Assembly (NCBI GenBank): GCA_047495785.1
Contig: JBLDXI010000011.1
Span: 1,302,001-1,366,000, forward strand
Direction of reading: 5' to 3'
Length of the DNA: 64,000 bases
Source: Lepidodermella squamata
Taxonomy: Eukaryota; Animalia; Gastrotricha
In this document: positions 12,750-24,400 of the stretch, piece by piece
Layout of the letters: each line of letters starts with the position of its first letter
Numbering within the stretch: position 1 is the stretch's first letter
Notes under the pieces: model-generated
Told to the model about the DNA's origin: nothing
The model's database searches: none
Seen by the model: only the letters and a program-made list of their open reading frames with translations
Position numbers and translations under genes: made by a program

Positions 12750-13090
12750 ATATAATTAGAGGCGCCTCTTCAAAGCGCGCCACCGATTAAAGGCCCGTGA
12801 CTCAGCAATTGTCACCCCGCCAATCATGAGGCCTAATTCCTCGCACCTCCGCCTCGCCGTAATTACGGTCGCCAATATTTTTACGGAATTATTATTCGCG
12901 CGCGGCTTTTGTTATATTATTATTATTACTAGTAGCAACTTCGGGACGCGCAGGGTGGAGATGATAATAATAACGGGCGCCCCGGCCCGGCCTCTTGTCG
13001 AGTCGCGTGGCGCGCGGGTTCCGGCCGGGTTCAAAGGCTCAGACCGCCCGGCGGCGCGCGTCTAGACTCGGCGACAAAAGACGCGCCACA
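12750..13090. promoter_or_regulatory. Candidate Dlx upstream enhancer (GC-rich island with Smad, TCF, AP-1 and homeodomain motifs)
   Basis: GGCGCC 12761 and 12976, TTCAAAG 12769 and 13030, TGACTCA 12798, CCGTAATTACGG 12857-12868, GTCTAGAC 13060-13067, all in AT-rich surroundings. Confidence 0.4.
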
Positions 13091-14417
13091 GATCAACATC
13101 TAATAACAAATCTTTCCCACATATCGTTATTGTTGTTAAAATGTAACAAAATTCTGTTGGGAAGAATAAAGTTAAATTTCAAAATTTAATTACCGGAAAA
13201 ATTGGCAATATACTGCTGCTTCTAAAAAAATTTATAAAAAAATTAAAATAGCATCCAGTGTGAAATTTTCAATATTTATTGCTGAATTGTCGTTTGCTGA
13301 AAACTCGTTCAAATTTTTTGAATTTACGGACAATTTCAAATTTCAAAATTTCAAATTACCGTGGTGAGGCAGAGGGAAAGGGAATTTATCGATTTTTATA
13401 TTTTAAAAAAATCGTAAAATAAAACGTTCGATAGCTAGATTCGAGGCTAGTCCAGGAATTTCAACAATTTTTAAAGAGTATAGATATAAAGCTATTTAGA
13501 ATAAAAAATGTCCTGAATTGGGACGAATTTGCCAAAGTGTCCCAAAATTCCTTGAAAATCAACCGGATTTTCGAATTTTCAAAATTTTCAAATCAGAAGA
13601 CTGCTCTGAAAAGGATATAAATTTCGAAATTCGTCCTTATTTCGCTTGAGTTAATTCCATGATTCAGTGAACCAGAACGGTCTTTTGGCAGCATTTTCAA
13701 TTTGTATTAGGTCATGTCCCAAAAAACTGCGAACGATTGCCGCAATTTTATCCAATAATTCTTAATTTTTCCTGGAATAAAAATAAAACAAAGATCGATT
13801 AATGACATAAAAACATATTCATTTTTAATTTTCTACAAATTTTTCAATTTTGTATACTCACAGCGCGATTTAGTCGCATTATCTCGATAAGCCTGTTTTA
13901 ATGATGGCTATCAGGCGTGAATTATTGACACGGGCCAACTCAATTGAAACAGCAACAGCACCTCGTCTCAATTTGTACTACGTCTTTCACGTCGACTTAA
14001 CTCGACACTACTCGAGCAGTTTTATTGTCGTAGATACAGCACATTGACAGCACGTGTTAGCCATAAGAAGATGTATCTATTCACGTCAATCGCCACTCGA
14101 ACAGCAGCGCAGCTCAATATGTGGGCCCCACTCGATGAATACAAGTCGACAGTCTTAAGACACATTGCACGGCCTCTTGACTCGCCGCGGGTGTGCGCAA
14201 CGGCAGCAGTCGAGCGCGTCCCGAATATAACATATGGCAGGCAGTGGTATAAGGACTTACCTATAGGTCTTACATGATGTACTGCTACTACTACTACCAA
14301 GGGCAGCAGTAGTAACGTTCGACGCGGCTCTATTCACCGGCGCTGCGGGCGAAAGTCTGTCGCCCGCGTGCGCGGCAGGAGCCCGGTGCGGTAAACACGC
14401 GACCTAATTGCGGGTTA

Positions 14418-14469
14418 GTGCGCGCGCACGCTCATTGGCCGGCAATTCGACCAATCAGCGCGCGCGCAC
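14418..14469 (+). promoter_or_regulatory. Dlx proximal promoter: two GCGCGCGCAC (NRF1-like) elements flanking inverted CCAAT boxes
   Basis: GTGCGCGCGCAC 14418-14429, ATTGG 14434-14438, CCAAT 14451-14455, GCGCGCGCGCAC 14458-14469, about 210 nt upstream of the ATG. Confidence 0.5.
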
Positions 14470-14678
14470 ACTTCAATAATAATTTTCGCTCTTAAATCTC
14501 CATACTCACTTCGCGCACTTATTATTATTACTACTACTACTAAGCCAATAAATACTAGTTGTATTGAAAAATATTTATCGAACCTCGCCCTGTATTATTT
14601 TTGCGCGATAATTACTGAGCTTTTTAATTGTTATTATATAGTAGTGATAATTATCGCAATTACCTGTTTAAAATAAAC

Positions 14679-17072
14679 ATGGTGCTTAACAGTAACAACA
14701 ACACGGCATCGCCTGGTGGCAGTAGTGGCAACAACAATAATCCGGGCGATAATTTACCGGCCTATCTCAACTACGCCCAGGTTCAGCCGCAACAACAACA
14801 CCAGAGTCAGTTTCAGTTGATTCAGAATTTGGTTCAGCAGCAACAGCAGCAACAACAGCAGGGTGACTACCAAACGGCCGTTTGGAACGCAGCCGCTGCA
14901 GCTGCTTCGTTCGGCGTTGTCAATTCGCTGACCGATCTCGCTAACCAGCCTTCGTCATGTAAGTCGATTTTCCTTTAATTTTCCAAATTTTTGAAAAATC
15001 CTCCTTAAATTTTTGAAATTCTTTAAAATGTCATTTTTCCTCCGAAATTCCGATTTGATTGATATTTTTGCTAACTTTAAGCCGGATCGGAAGTTTTCAA
15101 TCAGTTTTAAGACTACCAAGTTGAGTATCAGCACGCCTTGTTTCTGCTACATTTCCGGATTTTGTGATATTCAGGCTTTCACTCGCAATTAAAATATTAA
15201 ATTCTTTAAAATTTCTCAATAAATTTGTGTCTTTATTGGAAAGACTTTGATTGGTCCGTACTTGATGAGCTTTCCTTTATCGCCTCAAAATTAGTTGGTT
15301 CGATTTCGATTTTACCTAGAATTTCGTTATCCGTCGACTTCCAGTTTGATATTTTCAAATTTCCAAATTTCCAAAATGGAAAATGTCTACAAAATTGTTT
15401 TCAAATAAGTTCAAACATGGAAATTAGATTGTTAGTAGGCCCGCTGCATACTTGGAGAAAATTGGCTCTAGTCCGCAATCGAAGAACCCTTCTCATTTTT
15501 TCGACTTTTCCTATTTCCTGAATGTTCGGAAATTTTTCGGGAAAATGGCAAGATGCGATTTTTGGAGCGGAGGAATTTTTTCCCGAATTTTTTCGATTAG
15601 TAATTCATTGAAATTTATGATCGAATTCGGCGCCCTTTGCCGTAGTCTCATATCCCCATTCCATAACCTTCCTCATAAATTGTCGCCTTGCCTAGGGACA
15701 ATTTTTCTCTTAGTAGTTTGGTGCCTATTTGCTCAACTATTTTGCCCTATTTCGCAAATAAAAATTATTGCCCTGTGAGATATTTTTCACAAAAATTCTT
15801 AATTCTTGTATTTTGCGGGCACGGCGCTAAAACAGCGAATTTTCCTATTTGCGACATGACAGCAATAACACGACGCATCTCCTACATGGTAATTTTCGCT
15901 GTTTTGTCGCGTTTGCTGTTTTGAGTATTTGCTGTTATGGCTGTCTGCCATTTTGCGCGATTGTCGTTAGCGCGATCGTCTTTTCGAGTTGAACTCAGAT
16001 TTAGGCTGAAATGACGCTTGCGCATTTGTCATTTTAAAATTGTGTATTTCAGCTCAGTTGACGCCTGCGCAAATGTCGTAGCTTAAGTGACCTCCGATTT
16101 GTCTTTATTGAATTTGGGGGCGAAATTTTTATTCCAAATTTTGACGAAATTTCGCTTCCTTTTCATTCTCTGCTCGAATGGTATTTGCGCGATTGTCGCT
16201 TCTATAACTCCTTGACATTTGCGCCAAATTGCACTCTTTTCAAATTTTGCATAATTTATTCGAAACTTCAAAAAAACTGAATAGAGACTTGAAATTATTA
16301 AAATTTGAAATTTTTAATTGAATCCATTTTTTCTTGATTTTTCCCAGGCTTCTCGGCCGCTCAGCAGTCGTACCTGCCGAAAGCCAGCGCCTCGTCATCG
16401 GCCAACTCTTCATCCAACTCGTCAACCTCGCTCGACTCGCCCAGCTCAAACTCAGCGCATCACCAACCCGGCAGCAACAACAACTCATCAAACCCGCAAA
16501 AACAACCAACGAGCGGCCCAGGCGCTCAACGCATGAAAAAAGTTCGAAAACCTCGCACAATCTACACAAACCGACAGCTGGAACTACTGCAGAAGCACTT
16601 TGTCTCATCGCAATACCTGGCGCTACCCGAACGGGCCGAGCTGGCCGCCTCGTTAGGCCTCACGCAGACGCAGGTTAAAATCTGGTTCCAGAACCGGCGA
16701 TCCAAGGAGAAGAAAACGTCGAACGGCGGCGTGGCGGCGTCGTCGTCGGAACACTCGCAAAGTGGGACATTCAGCGACGACGAACCGGACAGCTACGTCG
16801 AGCAGCAGGAAAAGAAATCAACGGCGAAAAAGACTGCCGTGAAATCCGAGGCGAACTTCGAGCAGGCTACGTCGATTTTTCCCAACTACAACTTCAACGC
16901 TGGGTTTTACCCGGGTACCAACGCCGGGGTTGGTACCAGCTCGGTACCAGCTGCGGTAGCTACAGCTGCGTCGGCGGTTCCATCGACTGGCGCCGGGGTG
17001 ACGAGCCCGGCCTCGTTCTGGTACCAGCATTTCAGCCAGCAGTACCTTTCAACGTCTTCGGCTAATCAATGA
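14679..17072 (+). CDS. Dlx: Distal-less homeobox transcription factor; exons 14679-14958, 16348-17072 (334 aa)
   Basis: Homeodomain [58 protein letters not shown] ([21 protein letters not shown] is Dlx-diagnostic). Poly-Q/N/A N-terminus, a C-terminal WY motif, and a phase-1 GT-AG intron that keeps frame. Confidence 0.95.
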
Positions 17073-18449
17073 TTGTGTTTTTTTCTCTTCACAAAAAATT
17101 CTATTGTATAAAGTTTTCTGTGTTGCTGTTGTAAATAGTGTAGTTGTGTATAAAGTTTTGTTGTAGAATTGTGTATACATAAAACATTCGCGGTTTTATT
17201 GTTATAACGGCGGCTTTAGTTGAAAGTGTTTTCCTGATGGACAATTTGCAATTTTTATTAATATGATGGTTTATATAACCTTTTTTAAATGAGGTCAAAT
17301 GAATGAATAAAAAATTGAATAAATGTGAAAATAGCTGCGTTTTATTGCGTCGCGAAAATTGATTGGAAAAATTAGAAAATTACCGAAAAATCCAATGTTC
17401 GAAAATTTACAGGTTTTTTAATTCCGTTGCGCAGAAAAAAATCGAAAAGTAATCTGGTTTTTGGCCCTTTCATATGCCGCTTTGACGGATCAATAAAGAA
17501 TTTAAAAATTCAAATAAATTTATTTTATTAGCAAGCTGTAGTCACAGAACCTACCTGGTCATTTTCCCAATGCCAGAAAATAACCGCAAAAATTTCAGAG
17601 GATTCTGATGGCCTGAAGTAAAGGCAATGCTAATTAATTACCAAACTTCTGAACAGAAAAAATCGGTAATATCGGGTAAAATACCGGTAATTATACCAAC
17701 TAGTTACCATCGGGTTTTTTCGGGTTTTTCGCTGTCAAGTTTAATATTACTGCGCACACATGTTTAAAATGCCGCTTGTCTGAATTTCGGAGACGCATTT
17801 TCCGCGATATCGAAAAATGGGACATCCGTTTTTATCCGATTTCACCGAATTTAAAAAAGGCGAAAAATGAAAAAAAACTCCAAACCAATTCGAGCGAAAC
17901 TTTCCATCTTTATTCAAAGCTTTTGAATTCGAAAAAAATATCGGAGCTATGACAATAAATCCATAGGTAGGTATCATAAAAATATCGATTCGACGGAGAT
18001 CACAACAATATAGCCATAACAGAAAAAATATCGACAAAAAATAGCAACAAATTCCGACAATAAAATCACGCAGAGAAAATATAAAAAAATGCGCAGTATT
18101 TATATTATTTACATTATTTCATGTACAAAAAGAGGTGATATTTATTTTCAATTTGGCTAGCTCACCTTTACAATATTATTCATTTTATTGTTACAAAAAT
18201 GTTGCCGAAAATTGAACCGATTTATGTTTCGAAGAATTGCATTTTTCAATTTTGAAAAATTAAACCCAGGATTCGATAGTAATATTTTCTAATCGAATTT
18301 TTCCCCTCGAATCCAGGGTTTGTAGTAATTATTTGATTTCATGAAATCAATGCATGAAGATTTTCGAAAAAATATAATTGGCAATTTTTTACTGAGATTT
18401 CTATAACAAAAAACACGAAGGTATATATTAATTAATGATATGTATAATA

Positions 18450-21400
18450 TCAGTGGTGTTTATCATCGGGTTGTTTGTGGCCGCCTGAAGTTGTCGCTTT
18501 CACTTTGGCGTGATGCGGCGATTCGCCTTTGCTCGGCTCTGTATGGTGCTGCACCTAGAAAATTAAATAAAAATTTAAATTTAAATTAATTGGATCATTA
18601 ACCCAAATAATTATTTTCAGCGCTTTATTGCACATTTTTCGATGTGATCCTAACTGGTTTCTCGAGTTTAACGAAACTTAGGAATCTCATTTTTTTCTAA
18701 TACTAAGCCCTAAGCCTATATCGATTCCTCAGTCAGCAGAGCCGATAATATCGATTTCAATTATCGATTTTACAAATCGGTGATTTTTCCGATATCAACA
18801 GCCTTGGAAGCCAGCATTGAGAAGTATAGAAAAATCTGAGGGTTCTACATCACTAACCGTGAAAATCCTGGGATATTAAGGTGGGGAACTGCCCATCTAC
18901 AACGGGAAAATTTCTCAAAAATTGCTAACAATCTTTGATTTTTGTCGAGGATCAAAGGGCACAGCTTGCGCTTGAGTGCCCTAACTACACGCAATGTAGT
19001 TTTGGTGAGGATACATACCTTAGACACAAATATAATTCGCAGATGGTTAAATTGTAATAGCAACCGAATTTTGAGGCCCCCATTGAAAGCAATGGTAGAT
19101 TGACGATGCATTTAATTGAGTCATTTGCATCGTAAAAATCACTGATTTGTGAAATCGATACTTGAAATCGATAAATCAAATATTACCAGTGAACGGACTT
19201 CCAAATAGGCAAAATAGGCCCAAATAGTGACTTGAAACATTGCCCCTTATCTCCCATTTCCCCTAATCCCCCTTATTCCTCTTTAAGACTACAGGAAAGC
19301 TAGAAATAGTGATGAAAATTCGAACGATATTTTTCAATGAAATTCGCTCAACGACCATCATTTTCGTTTTATATTGCTCTTCTTCCATTATTTGAAGCCA
19401 TCATTGGTTTCAATGAAGAATCCGCTGAAACATATCCAATCTGCTTTCTCTCTCGATCTTATATAATTTCGATTCACCCGGGCCCACAAGTTCCTGAATT
19501 CCAATAGCAAGTCAACAGGACGGCATTGGATGCTTTCATGATATCCGTAAAATGGATGCCGACTGCCGATCGATCCTGCTTAAAATATCGCCCATTTTCG
19601 TAAAATCATCGCTTTGCCAGGTGCCCGGAATCCAGGAAAATTTTTCTGCGCCAGTCTCGCCAATGTGCATAAGCACTGATTTCACGCCGAAGAAGTTCGA
19701 TGTGTTCAGAAAATCGTGAAAATTGGCGATGAGCATGAATCGAGAAAATCGGTGTAATAGGACACTTTGAGTGTCCGATTTAAAGGGAATTCACTAGCTA
19801 TAAGTCCGATTTTCTATTATCCCAAAGTAAGAACATTTTTTCTGGTTTGGCATCATCGGTTTTAGGCTGAAACAATTTCTTTCCGAGTTCCCGAACTGCT
19901 GATATCGGAAAAATCACTGATTTGTAAAATCGATACTTGGAATCGATATCGGCTCTGTAGGCTCAAGTATAGCTCGTAAATTAACCTCCGATTGCGCAAA
20001 ATACGCGTAATAGAGCGATCTATCAGTTTGGCTTCCCAATGAAAAATTCAGATTACACAAAAAATTGTGAAACTTGAAAAACCATGTTTCAAGAATATCT
20101 AGGGCCGGAACCCTAGACTTAGCGTACGGCGACCTGTCATTTCCCAAAGAAGAGATCTTATTTCTAAAAAATTAAAAAAAATTAAAATTTCTTCCATTTT
20201 CAATTTCAAAATTTCGAATATTCAAATAAATTTCAAATTCTTAAAAAATAAATATTTCGATAAAAATTCCTCCTAAATGATCTTGGACTACGAATGTCCC
20301 AAAAATAGAAATTTAAAAAAAATTCAAATTTTTGTATGAAATGAAAATTTTGTAGAAATTCAAACCTTGGCAACGATCGGTTGAGGAACGGACACGCTGA
20401 AATCCGCGGCACCGCCCGCCTCCGCCTTGGCACCCGCCGGGTCGCCGGGCGGCACGGGCGCCGACGGGGGCGGGGCGTTGGTGAGCGCGTACTCCATGCG
20501 CGTGAGGCGCTGTTTCAGCGTGCGGTCGCTCGAGTTAAAGTCGTTGAGCAGCTGCGCGACCCGCGACTGCAGCTTGTCGAGGTGCGACTCGAGCAGGCCG
20601 AACTTGTGCTCGACCTTCATCTCGGCGGCGACGTGCTTCGCCGCGAGTTCTTCGTCGATCTTGCCCTCCTTGCGCAGCATCTCCGTGCCCTTTTCAATCA
20701 GCTTTTGCATAGCGTCTGGGTACTCGCGTAACGCCGAGTGTAAATCTTCCTTAGACAGCACGAACAAGTCCGAGTAGCCTAATAGCGAGAAAAAAAAAAT
20801 CATTTTAAAAATAACGAAAATTAATGCAAATTCCCGAAAAAATCCGAAAAATAATAAAATTGAACCTCAACATTTTGAGTCATTTTAAAATAAATTCGCA
20901 GAAATTGAAAAGTATTGGAAAAATTGAAAAAAATAGATTTTTTCCATTTTTTTAATTTCTATTGCAAAAAATTGAGAAAAATTTATGTAATTATTGAGAA
21001 ATATTTCCCCCGGTAATAGTGCTTGGATGATTAATAATATAAAAAAATAAAAATAAAAATAAAAAAACGAAAAAATATGTTCCCTGACCGGGAATCGAAC
21101 CCGGGCCGCCGCGGTGAGAACGCGGAATCCTAACCACTAGACCATCAGGGATACACACTCCCTACCGCGAAAAACACGACTTCATTGCTGCACAAACTCA
21201 ATATTATGGGTATTTCATATATTATTCATTAATACATGAATCATTATGGGATCAAGTTTCGATTTTTCTCACAAGCGCGCTTTTAAAGCGAAGAATAAAA
21301 ATATCGATAAAATCAATCAAGCCGGAATCGTCAGGAAATTTGCTGTGCTCGCACTTTTCGATCAAAATTTGATCTTTCCTCAAGTTCGCTCTTAATTAGA

Positions 21401-24400
21401 ATTTAATTAGAGAATTTTCCAATTTTTTTGTAATTTTACGATGATTTCTAAAAAGAATTAAATTTTCAATTTTCAAAAAATTGAAAAAAATTGAAATTTT
21501 ACAGAATTTGAATTTCGAAATTGATTTTGCTTCTAACCTTTGCTGCGGACATTTGCCGTGCGTCGATTGCCTGTTTTGTTGCCGGGTATGCTGATAAGAC
21601 TGATTTCACCGAAAACCGAGCCGTCCGACAGCGTGGCGAACACCTTCTCGCCGTCATCGGCCACCACCTCGAGCTTGCCGCTCTTACATATGTACATCTC
21701 CTTGCCGATATCGCCCTTGCGGCAAATGTAGTCGCCGGGACTGAACACTTGCAGGCGAAGCTTCAACACCAGCTCAACTAGCAGGCCTAATTCGGAATCC
21801 TAAAACAAACAGAAAAAATGACGAAATTCCGATAAAATATTCGAAAAATAGAAAATGATTTTTTCGATAATTTTATAAATTTTCGTAATATATTACGAAT
21901 ATTTTAGATTTATTTGTAGTTTGTAAAAAGGAGTCAGCTGTCGTTGTTGGTGCCTGAACGTCGTAACATGCTTGGGCGGCACCGTAGCGGCCAAAGTGGA
22001 TTGCCAACAGACAACTCATCATCCCCCTTAAGAACCTAAAATTTACCCAATACCCGGCTAATTGGTCGCTATTTCAAGTAAACACACTGTTGGCGACCGG
22101 CCTCATTTGCGTATGCGCAGTTGATAAGGGGAGGAAAAAAATAATATGGCACACTAGTTTATACTGACGCGAGATGAATCATCACTGGTTTTTATGAGAG
22201 AAAAATTAGGAGGACATATTAGGGGTGTGGTGTAAGGAAATTCGAGAGCATTGTTATGTTTTATATCCTTCGCTGTGGTGGGGCCACAATTATAACTTCG
22301 ATCGTTCCGGTTATTTTCCGTGAATAAAAGCAAGCGTTGCCTGTTTTATTGAAATGAAGCGACCCGCCCAAAACGGTTATTTCACAACTAATCATTTTGA
22401 TAACGAGAATTTAAATTTCTATAGATGTAAATTACACGCGGGTTTTAATCATTATTGCGGGCTTCTATAAAATTGCTTTGCACTTGTTCATTAATAATGT
22501 GCAAGAATTTTGACTTTTTGAAGGCGGACTAAACATTCGTCGTTAGCCAACTTAACCATCTGCGAATATAATTTGTGTCTAAGGTATGTATCTTCATCCG
22601 AAATCGAGCATCGGACTCAGAGCGCTAAAGCGAAAGCCGCGCTCTTTATAATAAAATAAAACAATACAAAATATCATAATAATGTCACTTCAGTTATTGT
22701 GATAAATTACATTTTGCACGTGCACAGCACAGCCCAAGGTTAAAAACAGAAACCCAACAGAACGAGAATTTCAATCTTGAATGCCATCAAGTATGAGTTC
22801 AATGATCTCATTTTTGAATCATTATTTCTTTATGAAGGAGAAAAACCTAGAATGACATTTGTGAAAATGGTAAAAATGGCCGAATAAACAACAGCTAATA
22901 GATTTGTTGGTAAATTATAGGCTTGTATGATACATATTCAATCGACTATTCATCTTGCTTTCATGTCTCATGTCCTGAGTGTAATGTTTCAAGCTTGATT
23001 GGTGCGGAGCAAAATTTGGTCGTAGGAAACTTTAACCATCTGCGAATTTGATTTGTGTCTAAGGTATGTATCTTCATCCGAAACCGAGCATCGGTCTCAG
23101 AGCGCTAAAGCGAAAGCCGCGCTCTTTAAAACTAAAACAAATAATGGAAATAGAAATCGCTAATTACCCTGCAACCCTTCAAAATTTTACGCGTGGAAAA
23201 AATGCAGGAAATCGAAAATATATCACACCAAAAAAATAAACAGCCCTCATAATAAAGCTAATTTCGCACCTGAAAGAATAAGATCCGCCTAAGCGTTCAA
23301 ATTTCAAATATATCCACATTTTTCTCAAAATTCTGAAAAATCGGATAAATTAAAACGACGAACTTATAATTGGCTCCTAATTTTTTTAAAACTTTAAAAA
23401 TTCATGTAAAAAAATTTAAAAAAAATTGATTCTCACCTGAAAGAGTTTGACCCGCCGCAGCGTTTCTAAATGAACGTGTATAGCAATTTCGGCGCGCAGT
23501 TTTTCAGGCAGCAGCCGCAGCACCTTGTCCTCGTTGCTCATCTGCTTGTGCATCCATATGTAATCGAACCACTTGAGCACTTTCGCCTGTAAATCAGGCG
23601 TAACCTTGCGAAATTTCATGTACTGCTTCACTGAATCGAGGCGAAATTGAAATTCGTTCTGCGCCGCGTTCATGCTCGTTATCATTGTGCCGACTTTACC
23701 GACCAATGAGGCGAATATGAGCAAACCGATGAGAAAATTAGCCACTTGGATAAACGTTTCAAATTCGGTTTTCGGGTGCGGAATTTCGGCGATATTTGTC
23801 AACACAACGGTCGCCCACCAGTAGCAATACACATACCTAGAAATTAAATAGTTAACGAATAATTGCACCATAATAATGAGAATTAAAAAATTTAGATTTT
23901 CCGCGAATTTGAACTCGATCAATAAGGATATCGGAAAAATCACTGATTTGTAAAATCGATACTTGAAATCGATATCGGCTTTAAATTGAAAATTTCGGTA
24001 TCACATAATCTTCTGAAATTTTTTCAAAAATTCAATTAATAAAATTAATGAATTGCTGAGGCGACAATAATTGCAAATTATCGTTTTCCCTAATTCATTA
24101 AATTTTCAATCAGCTTGTCACAAAAAAATCTAGGACGAGGGCCAAAATATTTGAACACCAGTTTTTCCTTAATTAGCTGTATTTTGTCAATTTTTCGTCA
24201 ATTTTTATGGCGTGACGCGTGTTATTACGCAAAAATCCGATCGGGCTAATTAAACGACTTGGAATGCGCGAAGGAGTTCGAAAAAAAACAACATGACATA
24301 CTTGTCTAAGACCGGATCTGTGTCATTTCCTTGGTAAATCCACGGATCGTCGGTGCCAAGTCCAATATACTCTGATATCGCGTAATAAATGCAGCCGTTC

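Noticed and set aside
14022-14300. Short ORFs upstream of Dlx on both strands
   Set aside because: No recognisable domain and non-ATG starts; more likely regulatory DNA.
15640-16240. Recurrent GCGCAAATGTC/ATTTGCGC-like motifs in the Dlx intron as an enhancer
   Set aside because: Looks like a decayed repeat interior (a similar motif is at ~12540); boundaries could not be defined.
20381-21781. Plus-strand ORFs overlapping CNG exons, and similar antisense ORFs over F-box, GT31, DUF3504 and Dlx exons
   Set aside because: Shadow ORFs from codon bias on the opposite strand; no independent motifs.
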